Below are positions 40,551-53,523 of a DNA stretch of 64,000 bases, piece after piece (positions within the stretch are counted from its first letter, which is position 1; every line of letters starts with the position of its first letter). Location: assembly GCF_964355755.1 (NCBI RefSeq), contig NC_092675.1, positions 29,112,912 through 29,176,911 of the forward strand, read 5' to 3'. Both the position numbers and the translations under genes were made by a program. The notes beneath the pieces were generated by a model. That model worked only from the letters and a program-made list of their open reading frames with translations, searched no databases and was not told the origin of the DNA. Source of the stretch: Antedon mediterranea (Eukaryota > Animalia > Echinodermata).

Positions 40551-42406
40551 AGTAATATAGCAAAGATTACATTGATAGATCGAGTATTTAAAATCGAAGT
40601 ACTGAAATAAACTTCTCAGTCTTGTATGAACTAGTTCAGTGTACATTACCGTATGTTTATAGCTAATCATCAATGTATGTATGTATGTATATTAGGCCCT
40701 ACTGATATAAAAAATAAAAGCCTTCATGAAGTTAACCACCAGCGAAAATCCAGTTACGGTTTAAATGATTTCCATAATAACACCGTAAAAATGAATGACA
40801 TTCAAATAAAATAGATGCACGAGTTCAGAAAGTGAACAAACAGTATTTTGTAGACAGTGAGGATTAAAATTATAAGCCTATCACCTTGATCGTTAGGAAG
40901 AAAAGGGTACAGTAATCGAATGATTGATAGACAATTGTAAATCATTTAGCCACAATATCACGTGACTTTTCAGTGACATTACTCATTGTCATAGTAAACT
41001 TTTTTTAAATAAAATGAAAAATGTATAATGATTTATGTAGACTGGTTTGTATTTACAGTATAAACATAGTAAGGCTATAGTTTATATAGTAGGCTATAGT
41101 AATTAATATGCCTGATGACGATACTATTCATATAAAGTGGACATGTTACGAGTGTAAAGAGGCTAAAGAGGGTCGGATTTAGCGTCATATTAATCATTAT
41201 ATAGGACATATAAAGGATTATTTTGTTACAGCCTTGTCCTTGTTAGGATTGACCTAGATCTAGATTTTTAACCCAACCTTGACCTCATTAACATACTTTC
41301 GACGCAAGCACTCATCGATTACGTGATCGTGCCAGTTCGTAAATACAGTACTCATTTCTTAATGCTCTTTATATAATATTTAGAGTACACACTTAAACGT
41401 CGGCTCCGTTTGAAGTTTAAAATTAAATGAAACTACTTTATTTAATCATGGATGCCGATATTGTTGTGTTATATATTGAATCACGTTGATAATATTTTAG
41501 TGGTGTCTTGTATATTCGTTCGTTTTCATATTTCTGTTTCTGTTCTGTATTTCGCTACCGACATAATTTGTGGGTCTAACTTTGTTTTTCATTGGTTATT
41601 TGAATTTTGTATTGGTATTTTCCCTACTCTGTAGGTGACTTTTTTTCTGCGAAATTTAATAAATAAAACAATTGTATTTTTCTCTTATATTTCTTGCACA
41701 ATATCAACAAAGCATAATTAAAGAATTTAAGATAGCCATTACATTAAGATATTAAACCCCGAGGTAGTCACAAATGTCGCGAATAGATATATAGTTTTAG
41801 TAGACTGTTTTCCCGTCTGTAAAATATGATATAGCATGTTTTTATTTCTGTTTCAAGACAAATGTTGACAGCAACCATACAACCATGCTAACAACATCTT
41901 AAATATTTTAAGCACTTTAAACATTACTACTTCTCATGGATTGCATAATCTTGTGCGCTAATTTTAACATACGCAACGTAAGTGATATGACCAATCACAA
42001 GCGATGGATTATTCGAAGAGTGGCCTGTGATTGGTCAACTCGCGTTGCGTGTACGTCCTTGCGTCTCTAGTGAGAACTACGCCTTGCCAACTCGTCCTGA
42101 CGTGACGAGTTCAAATCGAATTAGGCCTATTATTTATTAGAATCCTATTGAAGGTCACCATTAATATTATTTGCACTTGTACATTGCCATTAATCATATC
42201 AGGTCTATTATAAGTTAGTTTTAAATGGATAAATGAATGATATTTGGCAAAAGTAAAGTTATTAAAAATATCTAAAAACTGAGTTCTTGGAAAATGTCCT
42301 TGTGTGGGATGTTGTTAGTCCTGATCAAGTTTTATTAATCCGGAAATTCGCAATCGATTGTGACATTTATGGGTGGCTGCTAAACACGTACGCCACTCCC
42401 CACTGA

Positions 42407-42602
42407 AGCTTGGTTGCCACTATGAGGCAACGTAAGGACGTAAACGCAACGCAAACGTTGACTAGTGACAAGCGGCAATCGAATAAATCCATCGCTTGTG
42501 ATTGGTCAAATCCCTTAAGCTTGGTTCCCACTAGTCGCTAGTGGGAACCACGCTTTACGTTGCGTTACGTCCTTGCGTTGCGTCTCTAGTGGGAACCAAG
42601 CA
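42407..42602. mobile_element. PIF/Harbinger-like MITE family B (TIR AGCTTGGTTCCCACTAG) with a nested 37-bp mini-copy
   Basis: TIRs and internal GACCAATCAC/GTGATTGGTC-type motifs are shared with copies at about 2123-2228, 5699-5824, 38598-38753, 41970-42082, 51292-51446 and 63400-63517. Confidence 0.78.
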
Positions 42603-45600
42603 TAAAACAAGCTGGATCTCTGCGTTGCTTTTGGACCTAAATAACTTTTGCAAACATTTAGGCATAGTAGGTCTTCAACAAACTTACCATGTTGACCGTA
42701 ATACGCATCTCCTCCGTGGTTTTCTAATTTTAAAGATCATGTGAATGATCTGTAGGCGCGGTCTTTTGTAGGCAGCACATTCAACAAACCATATCACATG
42801 CATTATTTACATAAATTATACTTTTCTATTTTCCCGACCACATGATCACCACCAAAGAAGTTTTTTTTTGTTTTTGAGATCTCAGAAAATAAATTTATTA
42901 AAAACTAAACATCATTTCATAGTATTCATAACTTAATATACAGTACATCTATTTAACACATTCACGTAGCGTATTCATCCACCAAGGAAGTTGATGTCGC
43001 AGGTAATCAAGTGACGTCACTACAGTGAAACAAGCGGGAAAGTGCATGATTTGATCCAAAATGCATCCGAATCATGAAGTACATTTTCCGTCAACAAAAA
43101 CTCTTCGGAAATATAAATTGAGCCAATAATATCTTATATTTAATAACAGGAAGTCAGTTGTATAATTCTGTTATTAATATCAAACTTGTTGATCTCTTTT
43201 TGTAACCTATTTAAGTTCAATTGGTGACCTAATTATTGTTAGCTATAATTTCGTCATCTTTGAATTCATAGCCAATCCCAATAACATTTTCTTTAGTTTT
43301 ACAGTAAAATAAAATTAAAACCAGGAGAAAATGGCAAAAGGCTTTCTAATAATCAGATAATAAACATGTTTTAACAACTTTTGTAACATGACCACAGTGC
43401 TGATTTTGCTATTTCCCCCTAACAGCCAAGTTAATCAACAGAACATATACTGTAATCCCATTTTCAAATATGCCAACATTATTATATATATAAATTATAA
43501 TTATAAAAGTCGTATAGAATTAAATTAAATCCCCAACCTAATTAAATCACATATCTACGTTAGACACACCCTTTAATTCAAAGTTGTCTCTTTTAATAAC
43601 TCTAAAAAAGGGATTAACAACTTATACGGTATGTCATATAATCAATATCGTATTCGTAGAATTTTGAATAAATAGTGTCGTTATATATTGATTGTAAATG
43701 ATGACGGCATCTGTGACACCAACAATAATCACGTCCTATAATTTTTTTTCTATTTTATATATTGTTTTATATTGATTTTGTTTTGTTCCTCTTTCTCCAT
43801 AGACATATACCGTACGAAATCAACTGATGAATTAAGACCGCACAATGGACAAATATATTGAAAGAGGAATCCCAGAATTAAACCATATGGAGTTATACGA
43901 ATAAATAATTTCATAAAAAAACTAACATTAAACATTGAGGTAAAGCATAAATTAACCATTGTTTTGCACATTCGGAAATCATTATTGTCTGTCGTGCGAT
44001 GTATATAGGGCCATTTTATTTTATTTATTTATTCATTTAGCATCCATTCAACAATAGGCCTACATTTAAAATACATAACAAAGAAAAAAAACGAACAATT
44101 GGAATATTTAAAATTGAATAAAAAAAAGTGAATGGATAAAGGACGACGACCCATAAAATCGACAAGTCAATTTATTTCCATGTTAATCTAGTGTGTTTTA
44201 AACCTATTTATTTTGTTTTGCAATATTTTTTTCAAAATTGTAAAATGATTTTAATTCGATTGCATAATCATTGCAGACGTCTTTATTGATATTGAAAAAT
44301 CAGATGACTTGAAAACGACCAAGTTTATCTAAAAGTTAAATCCAGTTTTTCGTTCGTCATCAGATTTAGCAATTTGTGTCCTCATTTTCTGGTCAAAGGA
44401 ATTTAAGAAATATCAATTTATATTACAAGACCTGGCCATGACCATAGGCCGTGACCATAGGCCATGACCATAGGTTGTGAGTACGCCTGAAATACGATCC
44501 AATCAAATTTAAGTCTATCATTTTTAATAACTAATAACCTTCAATGTTAAAGCCAACTGACCACAAACGAAAACTCTTCTGTTCTTTACTTTCTCGGAAT
44601 GTCTCAGAAATAAAGTAGGACCTAGTGCTAGTATGACCAACTGGATTATTCGTAGAAGTACGGAAGGATTTAAAAACGGCCTTTGAAATTGAAGAAATAC
44701 AACCAATCTACAAATAGACGTTATGCCTACGCTAATACAGTATATCGATAGCTTATGAAATATTGGATAATATATAATTGGTTTTGACGATAACAAATAT
44801 TACCACTTGTTGACGTTGGGTTGTTGTTAACTGGAGTCGTCAACCAGTTACAACATACTTAGGCCTGCCATGAACACACCAGCATCTGTCGGCCAAGCCA
44901 CCACCGGACCAAAGATCGTCATCAACAACTTAGTAAAAAGTGCACTTCAACTAAAAATTCAAAAGAACAAGGTTAGTGGTGAATATACTTGTATTCTTAG
45001 AAAACGTAATGTATACATTATTTGTTTAAAGATAATTGTTCGAGCAGATACCTCTGCTCGGATACATTATTTGATATTCTGCCAATGTTAAACATTATTT
45101 AATTCTTGTTTAATAATTGGTGCATTATGGTTTTGTCGCAATATGTGTTTATAATAATTCAAATGTATTTATTCATGATGCAAAGAAATATCATTCAGAT
45201 ACTAAATGTGCTTCACATTTTCAGAGAAATACAAATGTGAATATTAATTTCTAGCGTAATTATGCCAAATTACGTCAGCAAACTTTTTTCAATAAATAAG
45301 ACAATGATCAGTATGTCCGCTGCCCACAGCTTACACTTGCCTTACCCCCTTACGTCATCCCCTTACGTCACCGTATTCATAGATAGGCCTATATGGCTTT
45401 ACCAACGCATAGAGAGATGGTCGTGGCAACAATGAAATGATTTTTAAATAATTACACTTGTACTTATATAACATTAACAATGTGTGTAATCAAAATTATA
45501 TTAGGCATAATTTTAAGAAATAAAAATAATAATGAAAAGTTGGTAATGTCACATAAACGTTATTTTTTTTACACAAAAAAATTGGAACGAAAAAAAAATT

Positions 45601-46042
45601 CAACTCGAAACCCTGGAGGTCATGCGTTTTTTGTTCTATTTAACTATCTATTATGCCTTGTTTGTAAGCAAAATAAAGTATTTGTGCTCATTTTTTCCGA
45701 AAACAAAATGGACTATTTGATTTTGTGTGTGTGTGGGGGGTGGGGGGGGGGGGGGTGTTGGTTGGGGGTTAGGTGTGTGGTCGAGAAACACCTTGTCGCC
45801 ACTGTCATTGATTTAGTCTACAATACAATGCTTTCTTTGGTTGACAAATTGTGATCTAATTGTGTCTCATTCTATGTCTCACTGGATCGGACATCGCCTG
45901 ATTGTAATAAATAATTGATTATTGTTCCTGGGCCTCCCCCACTCTACCCAAAACCTTCCGCAACTATTTGTAATATTTTGTTTATCGACCATTACGACAA
46001 AATAGCAGGCCTATCACGAGTAGGCCTACAATTAGTACATTA

Positions 46043-49000
46043 CAGTGGGAAAGCCACTTCGCGTTTTGACCGTTAAATCGTGTAAAATCGACTTACTTCC
46101 GCATTGACGATTTTGAAGCGCCACCTATCGTTGAAAACTGAAACCACGATTTTTCGTCGCCTAGCAAATAAGTGCTGTTTTATTTTAAGCTCTCATGAAT
46201 ATTTAAGAACCGCCCAACATTACCTATTATGGTAAAAGCATTTCCTAATAAGTATAATTGAATAACCAATCGGTTTTCTTCAAAGAAACCGAAGCTAATA
46301 CAATACATTCGGCGACTGAAGTCGGGACTCGTGAAATTTATAAATGTGGTACGATTTGACTACTGTTTTGTTGTCCATTTTCTGAATAGTCGGAGGTGCA
46401 TCCCAACAAATTAAAAAAATTGTAATCAATTGTTTTATCAAGAATAATATTAGTTTAATCGAGTATGATATATTTCTATCCTGTTCAAAATGTGTTGGTG
46501 TATTCTCAGGCCTCGAAAGGTAGGTACATTTTCTAGCTGTGAGCGTGGTTTCGGCAAACGCGAGACACGTGTGTCAGTATAGGCGATAGCGAGGCGTGTG
46601 CAGGGAACATTTTCGCCAGTGTAGCGTAGCAAAAAGCTATACAAAACAACCTTATTGCTACACATTTTGAAAATTGTGTAGCAAAAAATACAATACAAAA
46701 CTATGTTTCTCGACTTAAAAATCAGTTTGATTAGCAATATTGCTAAACAAAATTTTTAAATGAAAATTTTCCCTGGTGTGTTGGTACTGTGTTGATGCTG
46801 ATCCGATAGTCGTTAAGTTGTACTGATTACGAGTATCATTGGTCCTGGCCGGCCTAGCCTGGTGATCTGATCCCCCCCAAAAAATACTTTTTTTCAATCA
46901 GTATTAATATTATTATTTTATTTTTCATTTATTATTTGATTTATTAGGCTCAATAGATGCCTAGCTAGGCTACTAGTAGGCCTAGATTATATAAATAATA
47001 ATAGTAAATACTGTAATTTAATTAATAAAATACAGCTTCCATTTGCCTTACTTACTTTTATGTCATCATATAATATTATAATTATATATACAACCAGACA
47101 TTAACATTTTTTTAAAATAATATTTATTATTTTTTCTGACACTTTCAGGAATCGTTGATGATGCAGAGTTCTTTGTCTTTGTGACTTCAAACTGAGAGTG
47201 AAGTGGATAAAAAGATGACACCGGTACCTACCGACATTTTCATACCCAAACTATAATATAATTTAATTATTTAAAACAAAATGTTGAATTACAAATATAT
47301 AGGGTGTGTAGAAAGCAACGACCTCGAATTGGACGACCCCAACGACCCGGGCGACCTAGAATTGGACGACCCATAACACGAAACCGACGACCCTAGCCTA
47401 GCTTAGCCTACTAGGCCTAGGCTAAGTGTGGTATAACATCCCGAAGCCGAACATAGCCAAAGATCTTTAAACCATACCTTATATAATACTCGCAAGCAAG
47501 CAATTGATTGAAAAAATACAGAAATATCGCCATTTCATACTGAATGTGTCGACACGAACAAACGAACAGATATGGAACGCCAAGAGTGCATCATTAAAAC
47601 TGCATTCGACATATTAAAAATAAATTAAAAAGAAATAAATATTATACATTACATGGTTAAACCATGGACGTATAATTACATCTGGTCTTCTTATAACGAA
47701 CACTATAGGCCTACCAAGCAGCGTGTTGCGAACATGTGCATGGGGGGAGGGCCATAAGAAAAGCTTTACATTTCACACATGCATTGTATACGGCGGTCAA
47801 ACCTTCTCACCCGCCGCTGAAAAAGGGGCCGTTTTGACCTGGTATTTCGTGTGCTAATCGGATCGAATGCAGTTTTAATGATGCACTCTTGGCGTTCCAT
47901 ATCTGTTCGTTTGTTCGTGTCGACACATTCAGTATGAAATGGCGATATTTCTGTATTTTTTCAATCAATTGCTTGCTTGCGAGTATAATTTATATAAGGT
48001 ATGGTTTAAAGATCTTTGGCTATGTTCGGCTTCGGGATGTTATACCACACTTAGGCCTAGGCTAGGCTAGGCTAGGGTCGTCGGTTTCGTGTTATGGGTC
48101 GTCCAATTCTAGGTCGTCCAATTCGAGGTCGTTGGGGTCGTCCAATTCGAGGTCGTCGCTTTCTACACACCCCAAATATATATATATGTTGCAGAGGATT
48201 TAGATGAATTACAATACAAATATTTATGTTGAATGCAAACCTACTACACTATACTCTGTAAATTATGTTATTGTCATGTGGTAGACCTTAAAAATTGAAT
48301 ATTTATTGTATGTTAGCCCTATTTTATATTTTATTAATACTGTATTAGTTTAACTACAGTATTAATTTATATTATACAGTACTAGGCCCCTAGGCCGGCC
48401 CAATTTTGTACATGTTTTTACCCCCAAAAAATGAATAAATAATTTGTTATTCAATCTAATTGCTTGTTTGTTCATCAATAACAAAACAATTGTAAGCAAG
48501 TATATAACAGTTCTTGTTAGCCGCTTATTTCAGGTCATATTATTAATATTAGCTAGGCCCGACGCGCCCGATCACAACGTCACTAAGTGACTTTCCGCCC
48601 CTGGAACAATCGCTCGCTAATAGGGCTAGGCCTCGGACTCGTATAAAAGCTATTATAATAGTTATGATAAATATTCCTCAACTAAAATGTTTACTGTGAT
48701 AAATAAACAAGTAATAATATACGTTGTATTGGAATGTATTTATTTATATGAATTCTTATACGCGGACAATTATAAACATCGCGTATATCGTTCGCTATAA
48801 ATAAATTCATAAACACGATGACGATGTGTTTACAAAATGGCGGTTTCGCTAGTTTTCGATGGAACAAATAGTGGTACCTTTAGTTTGAATAGTCGGAGCT
48901 GCATCCCAACCACCGAATTTTGTATCTTAATATCGTATTCTGTAGATTATTAATTTTTCTAACAGGGATTTTAAATTCAGGACTGTTCAATTTTTCTAAA

Positions 49001-49294
49001 TATTTTATTTTAATGATTTTCTAGGGTACAATTTCGGAAAAAAGACATTGGTTGATTTTGCCGTTAAATTACAGATTATCGTTTTGTTCAAATACATTTA
49101 ATTTTACATGACAATATATTAAAACCATTTATGAATTTATTTCACTAACAACATTTTTCCGATAATCAACTAAATTTACAAATATTGTGTTTTTCCAACA
49201 CCCTAAAATTTAGCCATTTTGAACTAAATTAGAAAAGTAGGGCGCCCTCTCCGAGTCGAAATTTGACACGATTTGTCGACTGGCTGTCCCACTG
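46043..49294. mobile_element. ~3.25-kb non-autonomous DNA transposon with CAGTGGGA(A/C)AGCCA termini and ATTA target duplication
   Basis: Left end CAGTGGGAAAGCCA and right end TGGCTGTCCCACTG, with further subterminal similarity (AAATCGTGT-AAAT). ATTA at 46039-46042 and 49295-49298. Internal direct repeat GAATAGTCGGAG(G/C)TGCATCCCAAC at about 46384 and 48887. No transposase ORF is seen. Confidence 0.7.
47302..48172. mobile_element. Foldback/Mutator-like element with ~310-bp terminal inverted repeats, nested in the 46043-49294 element
   Basis: 47302-47609 is the near-perfect reverse complement of about 47863-48172. Termini GGGTGTGTAG...CTACACACCC, internal GACGACCC subrepeats, 10-bp target duplication CAAATATATA (47292-47301 and 48173-48182). 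Confidence 0.88.
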
Positions 49295-49399
49295 ATTAGC
49301 CTTTGGTTTTTAAACTCGCTGCATGTTGTCCTACATTTTGAAACGAAAAGATTAATAATGATTTATGAATCGTCAAGGCAATCATCGGCGTGAAATATG

Positions 49400-49930
49400 T
49401 ATAGACACAATGTACCATCCATTGTTATGTAACACACGTAAAAAACGTACTGCGCATGTCCATCTACAGTGACTTGGATTTCATTCTATACTGTAGATAA
49501 TGTATTATTATTTTTGAACACGGTCCCCTAATCCAACCTACTTCTATCCCATAATAATAGCTTTAATGTTGAACCTTTCTGTAGTACAACGACGTTAAAC
49601 GCAACTTGAGCGATCATCCAAGTTCAATGCCCTCGAGTTATCTCAGAATAATTCGCTATTAATAAACTCGTCAGAGCGTACGAGACGGTTGCAACCAATC
49701 ACAATCGTTGATATATACAAATTATCAGCCAGTGTGGATTTTTTTATGTCATAACTCGTAGCCACGGTTATGCAATGTAACGCTAATAGTAAAGAGGTAT
49801 CGCAGGATGTGTGTTTACATCAGCCAATCAGCTAGCGTATTGAGTATAACGGGGAGTGAGACGACCTGGTCTGGCCCACTTTCCTCGGCGGGTTAAGGAC
49901 GATAAGAAAATAGTCCTAACCGCAAGCTAT
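49400..49930 (+). promoter_or_regulatory. Putative NFIL3-like promoter with CCAAT boxes and PAR/NFIL3 sites
   Basis: GTTATGTAAC at 49424, AACCAATCA at about 49693, GTTATGCAAT at about 49767, AGCCAATCA at about 49822, with locally raised GC content upstream of exon 50062. Confidence 0.55.
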
Positions 49931-50061
49931 ACTCAGCATTCGAGCGTAATTTTAAGCCAACCGTCATTTTGTAAAGGTTGTGATTCTATTGAGCATTTTA
50001 ATAATTTTTCTCAGTTAAAAACATAGAAAACGTAGCTAACAACATCAAGTGTGCATCAGTC

Positions 50062-50127
50062 ATGTTGAGTTATAAAGAGAAAACAGGAAGGAGGATCGAC
50101 TACGCATCATCATCCGACGAATGGGCG
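50062..50127 (+). CDS. Probable first coding exon of the NFIL3-like gene (MLSYKEKTGRRIDYASSSDEWA)
   Basis: ATG and 22 codons ending in a consensus phase-0 GTGAGT donor at 50128, in frame with acceptor 58458 (predicted product ~599 aa). Preceded by a CCAAT/D-box-rich region. Confidence 0.65.
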
Positions 50128-51291
50128 GTGAGTTTATACGCCGACTTCTTGGTGGTGGTAGTGCATTTGTTTGTACTTTTATTAATTATCTATTTATAGC
50201 AAATTTTAATATGTTATATAATTAGAAGATATTAGAGGGATTGCATTAGCTTGCTTGTGTAAACGTACGATCATGGTGCAAAGTCGTGTACAAAATTAAT
50301 TTGAATCGTGTACAAAATTGTATCAATTTTAGTAGGCCTACTTCCTAACGATTACTAATTATACTGTAATAAGCCTACTTTGAATAAACCATGTTGGTGC
50401 TTAGGTGTAATTAGTTATTAATGTACACACTGGGCCTGTAGGCCCTTTGGAACTTATATAATACTTGTATCGATTGCATAATCAGATATTTAGATAAATT
50501 TTGATATCGCGAATGATATTGCATTGCGTTCAACCAGTATTTATCGTCGTCGGAAAACGTTACATAATTTAGTTATATAAAACTAAATTCAACGGTGCAT
50601 GCGTATTTGAACAAAAATGTCAACTTTAAATCACTAACACGTATATGAAGAAATTAAACAAAGTTATGAACCTTTTGTGTGGGAGGTTTTTTAGGCAAGC
50701 AGCAATTCTATAAAACTAATGCACAATGTTAAATATTGTACATGATGGGAACAAGACAGCTTGGAGGACTCGATTGCGTCGTGCGACGAGGACGAAATTT
50801 TTAAATCCGTCGCGTACGAGAATGCGTTTACGTTATTTGTTTTTGCGTTAATTGTAAATTGTGCTTATTGAACTTATCGAATGCATCATGACAACATGCC
50901 GCGCTCAATCTCAACCTAGAGTGCAGACAACCTCCTTTTCCCAACTGATTGACTTACAGATTAAATAAATTGTTAATCAAATATAACCGTATTCATTCCG
51001 GTACCTTTATTATTAGTGAGCTTTCGCATCGGGGGTGGGGGCGGCCGGGTTAGGAAAGGGAACGGCGGTAGAAGAGAGTATAGTAAACTTTAAAATACGT
51101 CCATGGTTTATGATTGCAAATAATGTATTTAATGAATCATAATATTAAAGAATAAATGACAAATTTTTGTCACATACCAGTATCTCAGCCAGTATAAATA
51201 CAGTTTGTCAATGTATAGTTGATGTGTTTTATGAGATTTAGATGATTTTATCTCATTCACGATATGTGCCGAAGAAAAATCTCCGTCTAAT

Positions 51292-51446
51292 GCTCGGTTC
51301 TCACTTGTGGACGCAATGCAGTGAGTTTGACCAATCACAAGAGGCGACTGTTCGGAAGATTCATCGCGTCGTGATTGGTCAATACTTCTTGCGTTGCATA
51401 ACGGCGTTCTTGAGACGTTGCGTCCAGGAGGAGGAAGAACCAAGCT
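51292..51446. mobile_element. Degenerate MITE family B copy in the NFIL3-like intron
   Basis: GCTCGGTTCTCACT...GAACCAAGCT with an internal GACCAATCAC/GTGATTGGTC pair. Confidence 0.62.
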
Positions 51447-52055
51447 GGTGTACATAATTTTACCGTCCAGCACCGCGCATGTAATTCTTAGCTTAAAATA
51501 AATTTCAGCATGAACGAATAAGTAGCTCAATAGAAACCCAAATCAGGTAGTATAAGTTTTATTCATAAGTTTCGTTGAAAAACTATTGCTAAAAATAGCA
51601 TGATGTTTATAATAGAAACAATCAAAGCTTTTCTTTTCGAGAGGAAGTGAAATCCCAAGTGACAATCGGGTTTCGTTTACTATTGTCTACATTACTACAA
51701 TGTAACACAGCCTACTACTACGCTACCTGACCCCTGTGTTGCACTCTTTGAGTGTCCAAAAATAAAAAGTGTGTTGCCTATAGAGGGCGCTGTGTTTGCT
51801 AATTTTCTTGCATACCGTTATACCATCCAGGAGGGACGCGTAGGCCTACTAATTCATACTATCATTCATCATAGGTTATTTCATATGAATGAAAATTGAA
51901 TTTGCCGAATTGAATTTTAAATCAATTAAAAATATCCGAGGATGTTTGTTATCTAGGCGAGGAAGCTGGGGTGGGGTGTGTTTGTCGGGTGGTTGTTTTC
52001 CCATTTGTGGGCGTTTTCACATTGTGTGTTAAGTTCAACAAGGGTCTAGTGGCAG

Positions 52056-53188
52056 CGGGCCCGGCCGCGATTTTTTTTTTCGTACATAATTTGGGGACCC
52101 CTCATGAAACGTCACAAAATAAACATGAATAATTCATTCCGTGTGCACCCAAGCGTATAGCAACAAGAAGTGATTACACAAGTGCGGTACGATTCTAGGC
52201 CTATCTCCGCTGTGGTTGCGGCGTGCGATTTCATAAAAGAATAACGGCGTTTTGTGTGGATTGTCGAAATAATCAGCCTTTAGTTTATGTTGTTTTTAAT
52301 ATAATTTATTACTAAAGAATTACGTGTTAAAATGATAGTTTCTATTAATACTACATCAATCAATCAATCAAAGTAACATTTATTTCTCTTGTCTTTCATA
52401 GAAAATAAAAATTAACAGTAAAAATTATTAAAATAAGAGGGGCAACATTCCTAAAAAGCAAAGCTTGTATAAGGCAGCCCTTAGAAAATGAAAAAAAAAA
52501 ACAGGACAACACGGGAACCGGAAACAGGACAAAAACAGTAATGAAGACTTTTAGATTCAGGGTACCGAAAAGACTAAATATCAAAACTACATGTATTAGG
52601 CCTAATGTTAGTCTCTAAACCCATGTCTATTCTAGTAGTAGCTGTGTGTGTGTTAGGTATGACACAGTCCGAGTAATACTAATAAGTCAGCAAAATTAAA
52701 CAATAAACATTACACAAAAATACATTTTTTATTCTCGTGGGTCAAATCTTCCCATCTCTTGTGTTCATATACGCGCATTTTTAAAGTTCCTTTGAGTACA
52801 TATTGTTTGATAATAAAATAGCAGAATTTTAAAAATTACAGTACACAAACTATACACATTCTTTATTCTTGTGGGTAAAGCTTTCTTTGGGCTATGTCCA
52901 ATTACTACTTAGTTGAATGTGTCTTGCCTAGCTGTCGATTAGCCTCGACACATTATGCATAGTGCCAGTGGTGTGTGTGAAGAAGAGGGCGCGAAGGCAA
53001 TCACGTGAATTGACCTCCTAGGCCTACTGTAGAAAGAATCGTATCGCTCAGTGTAATCACTTTTTGTTGCTATAGGCTACGCTTGGGTGCAAATTTAACT
53101 GATGAATTATTCATGTTTATTTTGTGACGTTTCATGAGGGGTCCCCAACTTATGTACGAAAAAAAAATCGCGGCCCGGCCGTGGCCCC
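52056..53188. mobile_element. Inverted-repeat element (~140-bp TIRs) in the NFIL3-like intron
   Basis: GGCCGCGATTTTTTTTTTCGTACATAATTTGGGGACCCCTCATGAAACGTCACAAAATAAACATGAATAATTCAT is mirrored at about 53100-53180, with similarity extending to about 53037. Exact termini and TSD are unclear. Confidence 0.75.
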
Positions 53189-53523
53189 GTTGTTGCTCTT
53201 CAATATTATAAACTTTATTCATTTACGGGACTGATGTACAGTACAACTCGTTCAATCAACATTGATTGTTTTTACACAAGTTTGTGATACTACAAAATAA
53301 TAAAACACCATAAAAATACGAAAAAGAAAGAACATTTGAAAAGAAAATTACAGTAGATCACAATATTACCTGGATGGGCCTCCTAGTGCTGTTATTCACA
53401 TAGTATTGTGTTATCTATGAACTATTTATGCGATATTCCACGTATGTAGTAAAGTTATTGATACAAAACATGTTTTGGATATTTTACATTTTGATGGCAT
53501 TGAATGACAAGATAACGTTCGTG

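Noticed and set aside
40184-40673. Repetitive ORFs (IRIRLKSTE..., DFNLILI...)
   Set aside because: Artefacts of the 27-bp minisatellite.
46041-46060. RSS-heptamer/Transib/ProtoRAG-like terminus (ACAGTGGG)
   Set aside because: Neither end reads CACAGTG, the duplication is 4 bp rather than 5 bp, and no nonamer or RAG-like ORF is visible.
47149-47223. Exon-like segment (TTTCAG acceptor ... GTACC donor) inside the DNA transposon
   Set aside because: Short, with no recognisable transposase motif and a weak donor.
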